From Bdellovibrionota bacterium (GTDB lineage: Bacteria; Bdellovibrionota_G; JALEGL01; DATDPG01), in assembly GCA_963668355.1 (NCBI GenBank), contig OY764265.1, positions 928,001 to 992,000 of the forward strand: a DNA stretch of 64,000 nucleotides, given 5' to 3'. Made by a program: the position numbers and the translations under genes. Within the stretch, counting starts at the first letter, position 1; the number at the start of each line of letters is the position of its first letter. The notes beneath the pieces were generated by a model. The model did no database searches, was not told the origin of the DNA, and was given only the letters and a program-made list of their open reading frames with translations. This document shows positions 27,587 through 38,590 of this stretch, piece after piece.

Positions 27587-28332
27587 ACTGTATTTCCTAT
27601 TTTGAACTCATCCTGAAGATTGAGCTGGGCTTCCGTAACACGCTTCCCATTCAAATAGAGTCCATTGGTAGACCCCAAATCCTTCAATACGATCTTTCCA
27701 TTTGGAGAGATTTCCAGAGAAGCATGTAATCGAGACACATCCAAATCTTTGAACAAAACCTCTGCTTTTCCTCGCCCTAAAGTCATAAGAGCACGATTTA
27801 AACGAAAAGACTTTCCCTGATCTGGCCCCTCCAAAACATTTAAGGAATAATTCAAACGAGCAATCTCAATATCCGACCGTTCCCCAGATGCCGAATCGTC
27901 ATCAACATCCCATCTGGAAAACTTTTTGAGTTCATCCTTGATCAAACTATTGATGTCTTCTTTGCCCTTTTCTGGACTCTTTTCCGAAGAGATCTGTCGC
28001 GTGTTGCGCTGACGAAAAGCCCCCAAATCTTCGACAATCAACACTTTCATCTTGGTTAACCCCAACATGATCTCATCCATATTCTTGAGTTTTTGTTGGC
28101 GAACCTGTTGATCGTTCACATGAACGCCATTTCGACTATCCAAATCGGTGATAAAAACACCGTCTTCCGAAATTTCAATGGACGCATGTCGAGAAGATAT
28201 TTTGCCATCTTGCAGAACAATGTCGGCTTTGGCTCTTCCAATAATGGTTCGAGGTTTGGTCAATGGGAAGGTCAAGCCGCGTTCGCGTCCCTCCTCTACG
28301 GAAAGCGTAACTTGCCACCCTGCAACGCTCAC
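27562..28332 (-). CDS. tandem FHA-FHA protein
   Basis: Two GR...SxxH...NG FHA signatures. Confidence 0.9.
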   Translation of the reverse strand: MSVAGWQVTLSVEEGRERGLTFPLTKPRTIIGRAKADIVLQDGKISSRHASIEISEDGVFITDLDSRNGVHVNDQQVRQQKLKNMDEIMLGLTKMKVLIVEDLGAFRQRNTRQISSEKSPEKGKEDINSLIKDELKKFSRWDVDDDSASGERSDIEIARLNYSLNVLEGPDQGKSFRLNRALMTLGRGKAEVLFKDLDVSRLHASLEISPNGKIVLKDLGSTNGLYLNGKRVTEAQLNLQDEFKIGNTVCRLIRGK

Positions 28333-29093
28333 TGTCCGGCGACTCCTTTAAAAAGAAGTGTGCTTTTGCCCATGCGAATTCGATCTCCTTTTTGCAAAAC
28401 CCGATTGGTTATGCGCTGGTCATTCACAAACGTACCATTTCGAGAGGCCAAGTCCCGCAAAATGATTTGTCCGTTTTCCAGTTTTTCAATCAAGGCATGC
28501 TTTCTCGAAGCATCTGGGTCTTTCAAGCTTAGATCACATTGGATTCGGCCAATCGAAATCCGGGACTGACTGAACTGAAACGCCTTCCCACGCAACGGTC
28601 CGAAAAGAATCTCAAACCCCATTTCGGTTTGGTCTTCCTTTGTTTCTTTCGAAGAAGCTCCGGAAACTTTTTGCATCAACTCTCGATCCAACAATCCGGC
28701 CAATCCTCCTCCCGTGGAATAGATCTCTTGGGGCCGATCCGCCAACAAACGCTTGGCCTCCTCCGGATCAAATTGAAGTTGAAAGCTGGTCAAACCAATT
28801 CGGACTTCATCTCCCTCCCCCAATACCGCTTGTTTCACTTTGCGTTTTCCGAGATAAGTGCCATTGGAACTATCCAAATCCACAATCCGGAAGGCCGTTC
28901 CCTGTAATTCAAGAGCGACATGAGAAGAGGACACCTTAATATCCCGAACCAAAATGTCTCCAAACTTTCGACCTAAGACGGTTCGCGTGAAGGCCAAAGG
29001 TACCTTTCGACCTTTGTCATCCCCACCGGTAAATTCGATCAATGCCCCTAACCCAGAAGGAAGGGGACGTTTTCCATGTCCTTGGTCCGCCAT
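28329..29093 (-). CDS. tandem FHA-FHA protein
   Basis: Two FHA signatures. Start moved to MADQGHG because the longer ORF overlaps bamD. Confidence 0.88.
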   Translation of the reverse strand: MADQGHGKRPLPSGLGALIEFTGGDDKGRKVPLAFTRTVLGRKFGDILVRDIKVSSSHVALELQGTAFRIVDLDSSNGTYLGKRKVKQAVLGEGDEVRIGLTSFQLQFDPEEAKRLLADRPQEIYSTGGGLAGLLDRELMQKVSGASSKETKEDQTEMGFEILFGPLRGKAFQFSQSRISIGRIQCDLSLKDPDASRKHALIEKLENGQIILRDLASRNGTFVNDQRITNRVLQKGDRIRMGKSTLLFKGVAGQ

Positions 29094-29271
29094 ATTGAAA
29101 AAATACATAATAACCTTTCTTTTCCCCAATTCCGAATGCTTGAAAACAAAGGCCCTGGACGAAAGTGGCCAAAGACACGAAGACGCCCTGCGGCATCTTG
29201 GCAACGTAAGGTCAACGCACACTCCCCATCGGGCTTTGACAACCACGAGGATCGGCTCTAAAAGGACCTTC

Positions 29272-30015
29272 ATGAAATGGTATATTCTTATTTTTCTGGC
29301 TCTCTTTTTGACCGCTTGCGCAGCCAAAGAACCTCAAGATTTTAAACAAGACCAGGCGCTCTACACCTATGCGATGGAACTCTACGAAGACCGAAGCTAT
29401 TCGGATGCTATTCCCTTTTTTGAAAGCTTGCGCAATCGTTTCCCACAAAGCCCCTACGCCGTTCCCTCAGAGCTGAAAATTGCGGATTCTCATTTTGAAA
29501 ATGACGATTTTTTGGAAGCCGAGGTCAATTATCAACAGTTTCGCGCCCTTCACCCCACACATGAAAAAATTCCCTACGTGGTTTTTCGAATTGGCGTCTG
29601 CCATTTGGAACAAATTCCCGGAGGTCCTGATCGAGATCAAACCGAAACCGAAAAAGCCCTAAGAACGTTTTCAGAAGTCATGCGCCTCTGGCCCAAGTCA
29701 GAGTATGCCAAGAAAGCCTCAACACACATCGACAAAGCCAAGCGAAAATTGGAAGAGCGCGAATTGTATGTGGCCAATTGGTATTTGGGACAGGATGAAT
29801 ACGAGGCCGCCATCGGGCGTCTTAACAAACTGGGCCAACATTCGGAATTTCCGGAAATCAAAAGTGAAGCTCTTTACAAACTGGGTTACGCCTATGCAGA
29901 AATGGAACAACCTGAAAAGGCCCTGCCCTTCTTAAACGAAGCCACCCAACTGCCCAAGGCCGGGAAATACGCCAAAAAAGCCAAAGATTTAGCAACAAAG
30001 CTTAAAAAGCCGTAA
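29272..30015 (+). CDS. bamD: outer membrane assembly lipoprotein BamD
   Basis: Lipobox LTA|C, TPRs, HPTH, DRDQT, ELYVANWY...AAIGR. Confidence 0.93.
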   Translation: MKWYILIFLALFLTACAAKEPQDFKQDQALYTYAMELYEDRSYSDAIPFFESLRNRFPQSPYAVPSELKIADSHFENDDFLEAEVNYQQFRALHPTHEKIPYVVFRIGVCHLEQIPGGPDRDQTETEKALRTFSEVMRLWPKSEYAKKASTHIDKAKRKLEERELYVANWYLGQDEYEAAIGRLNKLGQHSEFPEIKSEALYKLGYAYAEMEQPEKALPFLNEATQLPKAGKYAKKAKDLATKLKKP

Positions 30016-30038
30016 GGCTCTCCAAACCGGTTGAATCT

Positions 30039-32669
30039 TTAACCACTCGCCAGATGCTCTTTGACAGCAAGGAGGGCATCCGCAAGTTTTTCGATTTGTG
30101 GCCCCCCCGCTTGAGCCATATCAGGACGACCGCCTCCGGAGCCTCCTAAAACTTTGGCGCCGATTTGCACCACTTTCCCCGCATGGACTTTTTTCGAAAG
30201 TGATTTGGAAACCTTGGCGGCCAAAAAAGCCTTGGCCTCGTTCTTCGAACCGATGACGACAACCCCTTCTTTCAGTTTTTCCAGGTGTCGATCCGCCAGA
30301 TCCCGAAGTTCTCTGGGATCGGAAGCCTCTACTTCCGTCACAATGCACTTCATGCCCCCCAGAGTTTCGACATCTCCCTCTTTCACAACTTGCGTCCCGG
30401 CCGAACCTTTCTTACGTAACGCTTTCTCCAAGTCTTTTTGTTTTTGCAAAAGCTTTTCAATGCGATCGGGGAGCTCTTCAATCTTGCCACCTAACCGGGA
30501 GGCCAAGTCTTTCACCTGAGAATCCGTCTCCTGCACAAGTCTGAGGGCACGTCGACCCGTAACCGCTTCAATGCGACGGACGCCTGCCGCCACACTCGAC
30601 TCTTTTAAGAGTTTGAAAATGCCGATGTCACCTGTGCGAGACAGATGCGTTCCCCCACATAGTTCTTTGGAGTGGTCCGCAATCGTCACAACTCTCACCT
30701 TCGAACCATATTTTTCATCAAAGAGAGCCATGGCTCCGGTTTCCATGGCATCATCAAACGCCATCACTTCTTTTTGGACAGCATCATCACGCCAAACGCG
30801 TTCATTCAACCGTCGTTCGACTTCCAAGAGCTCCTCTTTGGTCACGGCCCGTGAAAAGGAAAAATCGAAGCGCAAACGCTCTGGGGAGACCAATGAACCG
30901 GCTTGCTTAACTTCTTCTCCCAAGACTTCGCGCAGAATCGCATGAAGAAGATGCGTGGCGGTATGGTTCTTCATGGTGGCTCGTCGGGCTTTCTCATCCA
31001 CACGAAAGACCGCTTCATCTCCCACGCTTACGGTCCCCTCCGTCACCACACACTGATGTAGGAAAATTTCGGGTGAGGGTTTTCGCGTATCCACGACTTC
31101 TAAGGAAAAATTCGATCCGGCGACTCCACCAATGTCTCCGACCTGCCCACCGGACTCACCATAAAATGAAGTTGTGTCGGCAACGAGTTCCACCTCATCC
31201 CCCGCTTGGGCGGTTTGGACTTCTTTACCCTCTTGCACAAGCTTGAGGACTTTCCCATCTGCCGATAAATGTTCATACCCCACGAACTCCGTACGAACCC
31301 CTTCTTCTACCCATTTGGGAACCAACTGATCGACTTCGTTTTGACTGGACCCTTTCCATGATCCACGAGCTTTCTCACGGTGCAGGGAAAAAGCTTCATC
31401 AAACCCTTCCTGATCAACCGTAAATCCTTCCTCACGCAAAACATCCGCCGTCAAGTCCACCGGAAAACCATACGTATCATAGAGGCGAAAGGCGACTCGA
31501 CCATCTAAGACCTTTTGCTTGGAGTGCTTCATTTGGCCGATCTCTTCTTCCAATAAAGTCAATCCCCGATCAATGGTAAGGGCAAAACGTTTTTCTTCCT
31601 CTTCGACCACCTTTTGTGTGGACGAGGCGTGAGATGTGAGTTCCTCGAAAAATTGGCCCATTTGATTCACAACCTGTGGCACAAGCAAATGAAGAAAGGG
31701 CTTTTCCACGCCCAGTTTTCGCCCGTGTCTCATCGCCCGACGCATGATTCGACGAAGCACATAGCCGCGCCCTTCATTGGAAGGATGCACACCATCCGTA
31801 ATCAAAAACGTCATGGATCGAAGATGGTCGGCAATCACGCGCATGGACATTTTTTGAGCGTCTGAAGCCTTAGCATAGGTCAATCCCACATGTTGACCGA
31901 TGTTTTGAAGAAGCGGTTGAAAAAGATCGGTATCGTAATTGCTGGTCACGCCTTGAACAATTGCAGTAATACGCTCCAACCCCATTCCCGTATCAATAGA
32001 GGGTTTTGGGAGCTTTTCCCGAGTGCCATCTGACTTCTGTTCGAATTCCATGAAAACCAGGTTCCAGAATTCGAGGTAACGATCACACTCACATCCCACG
32101 TCACACGTTGGCTTTCCACAACCGGCTTCCTTTCCCTGGTCGAAAAAAATTTCCGAACAGGGGCCACAAGGACCCGTTTCTCCCATGGACCAAAAATTAT
32201 CTTTCTCGTTAAATCGATAGATTCGCTTTTCATCCAAGCCGATTTCGTTCTTCCAAATCCCGGCCGCCTCGTCATCTTCACGAAACACAGAAACATACAG
32301 ACGATCCTGCGGAAGACCTAAATCCTTTGTCACAAACTCCCATGCATAGGAGATCGCTTCTTTTTTAAAATAGTCTCCAAAGGAAAAATTTCCCAACATC
32401 TCAAAAAACGTTTGATGCCTGGACGTTTGACCTACATTTTCCAAATCATTGTGCTTTCCCCCGGCACGAACACATTTTTGAGTGGAAGCAGCTCGAACAT
32501 AATCTCGTTTTTCTTCGCCAACAAAAACGCCCTTAAACTGATTCATTCCCGCATTGGCAAACAAAAGCGTAGGATCCAGCTTAGGCACCAATGGCGCGCT
32601 GGAAACAATCGTGTGTCCCTTTTTGGAAAAGAAATCGAGAAATCTTTGTCGAACTTCGTGACCCTTCAT
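30039..32669 (-). CDS. alaS: alanine--tRNA ligase
   Basis: DPTLLFANAGMNQFK, NHTATHLLH, ELCGGTH, GGGGRPDMAQAGG. Confidence 0.98.
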   Translation of the reverse strand: MKGHEVRQRFLDFFSKKGHTIVSSAPLVPKLDPTLLFANAGMNQFKGVFVGEEKRDYVRAASTQKCVRAGGKHNDLENVGQTSRHQTFFEMLGNFSFGDYFKKEAISYAWEFVTKDLGLPQDRLYVSVFREDDEAAGIWKNEIGLDEKRIYRFNEKDNFWSMGETGPCGPCSEIFFDQGKEAGCGKPTCDVGCECDRYLEFWNLVFMEFEQKSDGTREKLPKPSIDTGMGLERITAIVQGVTSNYDTDLFQPLLQNIGQHVGLTYAKASDAQKMSMRVIADHLRSMTFLITDGVHPSNEGRGYVLRRIMRRAMRHGRKLGVEKPFLHLLVPQVVNQMGQFFEELTSHASSTQKVVEEEEKRFALTIDRGLTLLEEEIGQMKHSKQKVLDGRVAFRLYDTYGFPVDLTADVLREEGFTVDQEGFDEAFSLHREKARGSWKGSSQNEVDQLVPKWVEEGVRTEFVGYEHLSADGKVLKLVQEGKEVQTAQAGDEVELVADTTSFYGESGGQVGDIGGVAGSNFSLEVVDTRKPSPEIFLHQCVVTEGTVSVGDEAVFRVDEKARRATMKNHTATHLLHAILREVLGEEVKQAGSLVSPERLRFDFSFSRAVTKEELLEVERRLNERVWRDDAVQKEVMAFDDAMETGAMALFDEKYGSKVRVVTIADHSKELCGGTHLSRTGDIGIFKLLKESSVAAGVRRIEAVTGRRALRLVQETDSQVKDLASRLGGKIEELPDRIEKLLQKQKDLEKALRKKGSAGTQVVKEGDVETLGGMKCIVTEVEASDPRELRDLADRHLEKLKEGVVVIGSKNEAKAFLAAKVSKSLSKKVHAGKVVQIGAKVLGGSGGGRPDMAQAGGPQIEKLADALLAVKEHLASG

Positions 32670-32697
32670 AGCCGTGCCCTTATCTACCGATCAGAAG

Positions 32698-33867
32698 CTA
32701 AAATCGTTCGATTTCCATGCTTCCATCAGAGTCTCCTCCTCCACCTTCGTCCTCGGAGTCTGATTTTTCAAAATCATCCCAAGATGTGTCTGAAGTGGAA
32801 GATATTCCCTTCACGCGCAAGGCAAAATCATCTGGGTTGGTTGATTGACGTAAAGCTTCTTCATACGTAATCAGTTTTTGTTTCAGTAAGCTCATGAGTG
32901 ATTGATCAAACGTCTGCATCCCATAAGAAATATGCCCTTGTGAAATGGCTTCTTGAATTTCTTTGGTTCTTTCCGGAGTTTCTATGAGTTCGCGAATTCG
33001 TGAATTCGCTACCATAACTTCACATGCGGGAACCCGTCCCCGACCATCAATTTTCGGAACCAAACGCTGAGAAACAATTCCACGTATAACGGTAGCCAGT
33101 TGTAAACGGACCTGTTTCTGTTGATACGGTGGAAAGGCTGAAACAATTCGAGAGATGGTTTCTCGGGCGTCAATGGTATGAACCGTCGAGAGAACCAAAT
33201 GTCCCGTCTCAGACGCCGTCAAGGCGGTCTCAATGGTTTCCAAGTCTCGCATTTCCCCCACCAGGATAACATCGGGATCTTGCCGAAGAGCGGACCTCAA
33301 TGCTTGTTGGAAGGAAATCGTATCCACGCCCACTTCACGCTGGTTGATGATGCATCGTTTATCCCGAATGAGATACTCAATCGGATCTTCAATGGTGATA
33401 ATGTGAGCCGTTCTTCGCGCATTGATGAAATCAATCATCGAAGCCAAGGTCGTTGATTTACCCGAACCCGTTGTTCCGGTAACCAACACCAAGCCTCTGC
33501 GCTCCATAGCAATCTTTTCAATCGTCTTTGGCAAACACAGCTCGTCCATGGAAGAAACTTTAAAAGGAATCACGCGAAAAACGATTCCCACCGTCCCCCG
33601 CTGTTGGAATACATTGACACGAAATCGGCCCACGCCGGGAACGCCGTAGGCCATGTCAATTTCGTTGTACTCGTTAAACTTCTCCTTTTGATAGTTGTTC
33701 ATGATGCCCGTGGCCATTCTTCCAACATCTTCGGGAGACAAACGCCGGGCATCTTTCAAGGGCACCAAGGAACCATCCACACGAAACATCGGTGGAAGTC
33801 CCGCTTTTAGATGAATATCCGAAGCTTTCCCTTTAACAGCTATCTTTAAGAGATCGTTTAATTCCAT
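32698..33867 (-). CDS. pilT: type IV pilus retraction ATPase, PilT family
   Basis: ASDIH, GTTGSGKST, TIEDPIE, LRQDPDVILVGEMRD, GMQTFDQ. Confidence 0.93.
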   Translation of the reverse strand: MELNDLLKIAVKGKASDIHLKAGLPPMFRVDGSLVPLKDARRLSPEDVGRMATGIMNNYQKEKFNEYNEIDMAYGVPGVGRFRVNVFQQRGTVGIVFRVIPFKVSSMDELCLPKTIEKIAMERRGLVLVTGTTGSGKSTTLASMIDFINARRTAHIITIEDPIEYLIRDKRCIINQREVGVDTISFQQALRSALRQDPDVILVGEMRDLETIETALTASETGHLVLSTVHTIDARETISRIVSAFPPYQQKQVRLQLATVIRGIVSQRLVPKIDGRGRVPACEVMVANSRIRELIETPERTKEIQEAISQGHISYGMQTFDQSLMSLLKQKLITYEEALRQSTNPDDFALRVKGISSTSDTSWDDFEKSDSEDEGGGGDSDGSMEIERF

Positions 33868-34959
33868 TTATTTTTTTTCCTTACCATTTCCCTTTTTGGA
33901 CTTTTCTCCTTCGCTTTCGACATCATTTTTCTTTGCCGCTTTTTGCAACTCTCCGGGCGACTGGAGCCCCGAAGACGCATAGATTTCCTTTTCCAACTTT
34001 TCCATGATTTTGGGGTTATCTTTGAGAAACGCCTTGGCGTTGTCGCGTCCCTGGCCCAGGCGCTCTCCCTGATAAGAATACCAGCTTCCGGTTTTTTCAA
34101 TCAGGTTCCGGTCGGTCGCCATATCCAACAGATCTCCCAACCGAGAAATCCCTTCGCCGTAAACAATATCAAACTCTACTCGTTTGAAGGGTGGCGCCAC
34201 TTTGTTTTTGACGATTTTTACCAACGTCCGGTTTCCAATGACTTCCTCACCTTTTTTCAGGGCACCAATGCGACGGATGTCAATTCGAATGGAGGAATAA
34301 AACTTTAGAGCATTTCCTCCCGTTGTGGTTTCGGGATTTCCGAACATCACACCAATTTTCATGCGAATTTGGTTGATGAAAATGACGGTTGTCTGCGTGC
34401 TCGAAATGGCGGCTGTCAATTTTCGTAGCGCTTGAGACATGAGGCGAGCCTGAAGTCCCATATGAGAGTCACCCATTTCCCCATTGATTTCCGCTCGAGG
34501 AGTCAAAGCGGCAACGGAGTCAATCACGACCAAGTCAATGGCTCCAGAACGAACCAAGGTCTCCGCAATTTCCAAGGCCTGTTCTCCGGTATCCGGTTGT
34601 GAAATCAGGAGGTCGTCTGTTCTTACGCCAAGCTTTCGTGCATAGGCGACATCCAACGCATGCTCGGCATCAATAAAGGCCGCAACGCCTCCCAATTTTT
34701 GGGCTTCGGCAATCATATGTAATGTGGCTGTCGTTTTTCCGGAGGATTCGGGTCCAAAAATCTCAATCACACGACCTCTTGGAATTCCACCCACACCCAA
34801 AGCCAAATCCACACCGATGGATCCCGTAGGAATGACGGATAGGTCTTTCACCAACGCTTCATCGGCGCCCAGACGCATGATGGACCCTTTTCCAAATTGC
34901 TTTTCGATCGTTGATACCGCCAAGCCAATGGCTTTTTCTCGGTTAACATCCAGAGACAT
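33868..34959 (-). CDS. recA: recombinase A
   Basis: [28 protein letters not shown]. Confidence 0.99.
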   Translation of the reverse strand: MSLDVNREKAIGLAVSTIEKQFGKGSIMRLGADEALVKDLSVIPTGSIGVDLALGVGGIPRGRVIEIFGPESSGKTTATLHMIAEAQKLGGVAAFIDAEHALDVAYARKLGVRTDDLLISQPDTGEQALEIAETLVRSGAIDLVVIDSVAALTPRAEINGEMGDSHMGLQARLMSQALRKLTAAISSTQTTVIFINQIRMKIGVMFGNPETTTGGNALKFYSSIRIDIRRIGALKKGEEVIGNRTLVKIVKNKVAPPFKRVEFDIVYGEGISRLGDLLDMATDRNLIEKTGSWYSYQGERLGQGRDNAKAFLKDNPKIMEKLEKEIYASSGLQSPGELQKAAKKNDVESEGEKSKKGNGKEKK

Positions 34960-34967
34960 ACTTCCTC

Positions 34968-36236
34968 CTACTTCTTTCCTTTAAAATTATGACTCTCTAC
35001 GAGACGAATTGCGCCCCTTAAAGCCTCAAATGCCGCGAGCATTCTATTGCGATTCCGCTCCCAGCGAAACTGATATTCCCTGACCTCTTCTACCCCAGGT
35101 CCGGCCCAAGCTAAATAAGTTAATCCGACCGGCTTTCCAGGTCTCTCACCTGTAGGCCCAGCAATTCCGGTGCTGGCAACTCCGATATCGGCACCAGATA
35201 TCACACGCGCTCCCCTAGCCATTTCCAGGGCACAAGCCTTGGAAACCGCTCCCATATGGCGAATTGTCTCTTGGCTCACTCCCAGTTGTTCAATCTTGGA
35301 TCGATTGCTGTAGGTGATATACGACCGATCCAGAACATCCGAACAACCGGGCACTTTCACCAACTGTGACGTAATCAATCCACCGGTGATCGACTCCGCA
35401 ATGGCCAAGCGAAGATTTCGCTCCTTAAAGGTAGAGACCACGCGCGCTTCCAACGTTTGATCATTGATCGCCATGAGATATTCACCCAACTCCGCTTGGA
35501 GAATTTGATCGGCTGTCTGAAGAGCGTTTTCTGCGTCCTTCTCATGATGAGGCGCGAGAAGCAGCGTCACGTCTACATGTGGGAAATGAGAGGTATACGC
35601 CAAGCGAACATCTGCGTTCGGCAGTTCTCGAATTCCGGATCGTTCGACCCATTCTTCCAAACGCGACTCGCCAATCCCCAAAAATTGGTAGGTTCGCTCC
35701 ATCCACTTCCGTTCGTCTCCGATTTCCTTTCGAAACTCGGGAACCACATAACGAGAAAAAAGATAAATCATTTCCGAAGGAACCCCAGGTAAACAAAAAA
35801 TCCTTCGTCCCTCCAAACTCACACGACAACCTGGGGCCGTTCCAAGCGGATTGGCTAGAACCTCTCCCCCTTCTGGAAGACAGGCTTGCCGTCGATTCGA
35901 ATCGGGACAAGGCCGCCCCCGCTCCAAAAAGCGAGCCTGGATCTGCTCGAACACTTCCGGCCGAAACGTCAGGTTTTGCTTCAATGCCCTTCCGAGGGAT
36001 TCAAAGGTTAGATCATCCGAGGTGGGTCCCAGTCCTCCGGTTGTAATGATCCAATCCGAACGGGACCGAGCCAGATTGATGGCTTCCGCCGAGGCCTCGA
36101 CCGAATCATCCACCGTTTGATGGTGAACCGGGGCAAAGCCCATGGACACAAACTGCCGCCCCAACCAAGCCGAGTTCGTATCCACGCGGCGGCCGTCCAG
36201 TAATTCACGACCAAACGTAATGATCTCAATATTCAT
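34968..36236 (-). CDS. cinA: CinA-family competence/damage-inducible protein (MoCF-like + PncC domains)
   Basis: G.ELL.G..DTN, GGLGPT.DD, AESITGG, STGIAGP. Confidence 0.93.
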   Translation of the reverse strand: MNIEIITFGRELLDGRRVDTNSAWLGRQFVSMGFAPVHHQTVDDSVEASAEAINLARSRSDWIITTGGLGPTSDDLTFESLGRALKQNLTFRPEVFEQIQARFLERGRPCPDSNRRQACLPEGGEVLANPLGTAPGCRVSLEGRRIFCLPGVPSEMIYLFSRYVVPEFRKEIGDERKWMERTYQFLGIGESRLEEWVERSGIRELPNADVRLAYTSHFPHVDVTLLLAPHHEKDAENALQTADQILQAELGEYLMAINDQTLEARVVSTFKERNLRLAIAESITGGLITSQLVKVPGCSDVLDRSYITYSNRSKIEQLGVSQETIRHMGAVSKACALEMARGARVISGADIGVASTGIAGPTGERPGKPVGLTYLAWAGPGVEEVREYQFRWERNRNRMLAAFEALRGAIRLVESHNFKGKK

Positions 36237-36703
36237 AAAAATGTTCCCAATCGAAATAGGAGACGCATGACTGCCTGCGCAAACAACCCCGCCACAACAT
36301 CATCAAACATGACACTTTTTCCACCCTTCCACGTCCGATCAATCCAGTTGGCGGGAAAGGGTTTCCAAATATCAAAGAGACGAAAGAGAAGAAATCCCCC
36401 CAAAAAAACCCACTCGTTTGGAGAAAACGCAAAAAGGGCAATCCAAACACCCACGATTTCGTCCACAACAATCCGCCGATCATCGTGCACGCCCGTTTCT
36501 TTCTCCCATTCATTCGAGGCCCACCAGCCCAGAAGAAGAACAAGCAGAATCCAAGCCAATTGCCAAATCCAGTTCTGCTGTGCAATTAACACGTAGGCGA
36601 ATACACCTAAAATAGACCCCGCCGTTCCAGGAGCCACCGGTGCATACCCCGTACCCAGTCCGGTTGCGATCATCTGTGCGAGTCTGAATCGAATTCTTTT
36701 CAC
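36233..36703 (-). CDS. pgpA: phosphatidylglycerophosphatase A
   Basis: APGT.GS, D...IVVDE..G, FR.FDI.KP.P, M.DD..AG. GTG start inferred. Confidence 0.93.
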   Translation of the reverse strand: MKRIRFRLAQMIATGLGTGYAPVAPGTAGSILGVFAYVLIAQQNWIWQLAWILLVLLLGWWASNEWEKETGVHDDRRIVVDEIVGVWIALFAFSPNEWVFLGGFLLFRLFDIWKPFPANWIDRTWKGGKSVMFDDVVAGLFAQAVMRLLFRLGTFL

Positions 36704-36920
36704 GTCTTTTTTCCCATTTTGGTGGCGTAGAATAGCCAATGCATTTCATACGGAAAGCTTTCTTTTCACCAGAAATCGCCTGGAACCCTGCCTTTACCCA
36801 ATTCGTTTGCGTGCCCCAAAGGGGGCATCCAAGGGGCAGAAATGGATTTCGGTCTCTCCTCCATTCAAATCTAACTCATTGTTTTTAAACGAATAATTTT
36901 AATACATCTCCCCCTTTTGG

Positions 36921-36937
36921 CTGGCATGCTCCTTGAA
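36921..36937 (+). promoter_or_regulatory. sigma54-like promoter (GA instead of GC at -12)
   Basis: CTGGCATGCTCCTTGAA; IHF-like TAACTCATTGTTT at 36872-36884. Confidence 0.5.
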
Positions 36938-37019
36938 CAAATTGCCTGCGAAGGAAAGTTTAACTATGGGCTTGAAGAACATGACGCGAAGTGTTAATGA
37001 CAAATCCTCTGAGGAAATT

Positions 37020-38558
37020 ATGAAACGAGTTGCCATCATCGCCTTACTCCTAAGTATCAGCGCCTGCTCCAACGGCGGTCGCCAAGTTGTCGGACAGAGA
37101 ACGGGTTTGAGTACCTCTCTTCCCTCCCTAACCGGAGGACGAATTGGGGCCGTCCTGACGACACAAGAGAATTGTTCAGCCAATATGAGCCCACAGTACC
37201 CCGGCCAAACATCGACCAACAACGGCATCTATCCCGGACAACAGGGGGGAAATCGAAACTCCGGCACGATTTCATCCTCCTCTTATTCGGGAATCAGCGC
37301 GAGGACTTCGAACTGGGGAACCTTAAAACTCTTGGCGATCTATGAAAATGAGATGAGCCTTGTGGGTTCGGGTCTGACCGATCAGCGAAGAACCACGAGT
37401 GCAATTAGCAGTGGCGTGACAGGCTTTGCTTCTTATGGCCAAATCCGACTTCCCGGAATTCTCACACGAAACTCTGGAAGTCAGATAGCGTTTTCGCCGG
37501 ACGGAAGTTCCATTCTCGTCACACGAACAGAGGACAATGCCGTTTCCCTAATATCTGTGGGAGATCGGGGTCGTCTTGGCATGCATTATCAAATCAATAC
37601 CGGACAGCATCCCACCGAAATTGATACGGCCATGACACCTTGGGGATCCATGGCTGCCGTCGTTACCGATACAGGCGTGGAACTCATCAAGTATGACCGC
37701 CTTTCTTATTATGGTGAAGCTGTCGGACGACCCTACTATTCACTGGCCTTTGGAACGTATGCCGGATCTCCGAAGAGTGTTCGCTTTGTTCCTGGAGAAG
37801 GTGATGCCGGAAGTGAGTTCATTGCCATTTCCGTTAGCAATGGACGAGGAACCTTCCATACGAACGGCGGACGCGTTCTTCTTTGTGATTTGTCCAAATA
37901 CAATGAGTACGGGGAGAGTCCTTGGGAGACCGTCAATCGAGTCAATGGCAATCCCCGAGGATGCTATGAATTCAATCAATTTTCTCCCTTTGCCATGGGA
38001 AGAAGCGAACATGTTTTGGGAACTCCGATCAAGCTTGCGATGGGAAGTTCATTAGCGGTGGCTTTAAGTGATTCCATTGGACCGGTTTTATTGAACACTT
38101 CCGATTATCCTCTGGGTGCCTTCAGTTATCCCTCGACTTTAGGGTCCGGAATGGTCAATGGCCAAGGACAAAATCTGGGGCGACACCGAGGGTATGTGGA
38201 CATTGCGCTTCATCCTTATTCAGAAAACATCATGGTTCTCGACCAAACTCGTTTAACCACATATGCCATGGACAACTTCTTTGAAGTGGGTCAGCTGGAT
38301 GGCATTTCCATTCCCATTGCACAAAAAGCTTCGGCCATGGCTGTGGATCCCAGTCCAAATCCAAACTTTGTTTTGGTCGCAGACCAAGGCGCGGGTCGAG
38401 TTGCTGTGGCGCGATTGAACGGTCGAACCCCTTCGCACAATAGTTATTCCGACTTTATCGCGCTGGGAGCTTGCCCCATCGACGTGGCCATTCGAAAGGC
38501 GAGAGATGTGAATCTTCCGACTTTCCCTTCGGCTCCGGAGGAAGTAGAAGAGGACTGA
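37020..38558 (+). CDS. lipoprotein, probable beta-propeller
   Basis: SD GAGG, lipobox ISA|C, G/S/Q/N-rich linker, repeats such as IAFSPDG, TGQHP..I, MAVDP, LGACPIDVAI. Confidence 0.78.
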   Translation: MKRVAIIALLLSISACSNGGRQVVGQRTGLSTSLPSLTGGRIGAVLTTQENCSANMSPQYPGQTSTNNGIYPGQQGGNRNSGTISSSSYSGISARTSNWGTLKLLAIYENEMSLVGSGLTDQRRTTSAISSGVTGFASYGQIRLPGILTRNSGSQIAFSPDGSSILVTRTEDNAVSLISVGDRGRLGMHYQINTGQHPTEIDTAMTPWGSMAAVVTDTGVELIKYDRLSYYGEAVGRPYYSLAFGTYAGSPKSVRFVPGEGDAGSEFIAISVSNGRGTFHTNGGRVLLCDLSKYNEYGESPWETVNRVNGNPRGCYEFNQFSPFAMGRSEHVLGTPIKLAMGSSLAVALSDSIGPVLLNTSDYPLGAFSYPSTLGSGMVNGQGQNLGRHRGYVDIALHPYSENIMVLDQTRLTTYAMDNFFEVGQLDGISIPIAQKASAMAVDPSPNPNFVLVADQGAGRVAVARLNGRTPSHNSYSDFIALGACPIDVAIRKARDVNLPTFPSAPEEVEED

Positions 38559-38590
38559 TTCTCTCCCTCTTTTCGAGTAAACTTACACAG

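Noticed and set aside
28954..29327. Long overlapping N-termini of bamD and the FHA gene (likewise nagZ/dacB and ftsK/rnj)
   Set aside because: Artefacts of longest-ORF calling; signal peptides and domain starts point to downstream start codons.
30039..36703. pilT inside pgpA-cinA-recA-alaS as a novel system
   Set aside because: From memory this order is common in deltaproteobacterial genomes; only the absence of recX is a minor difference.
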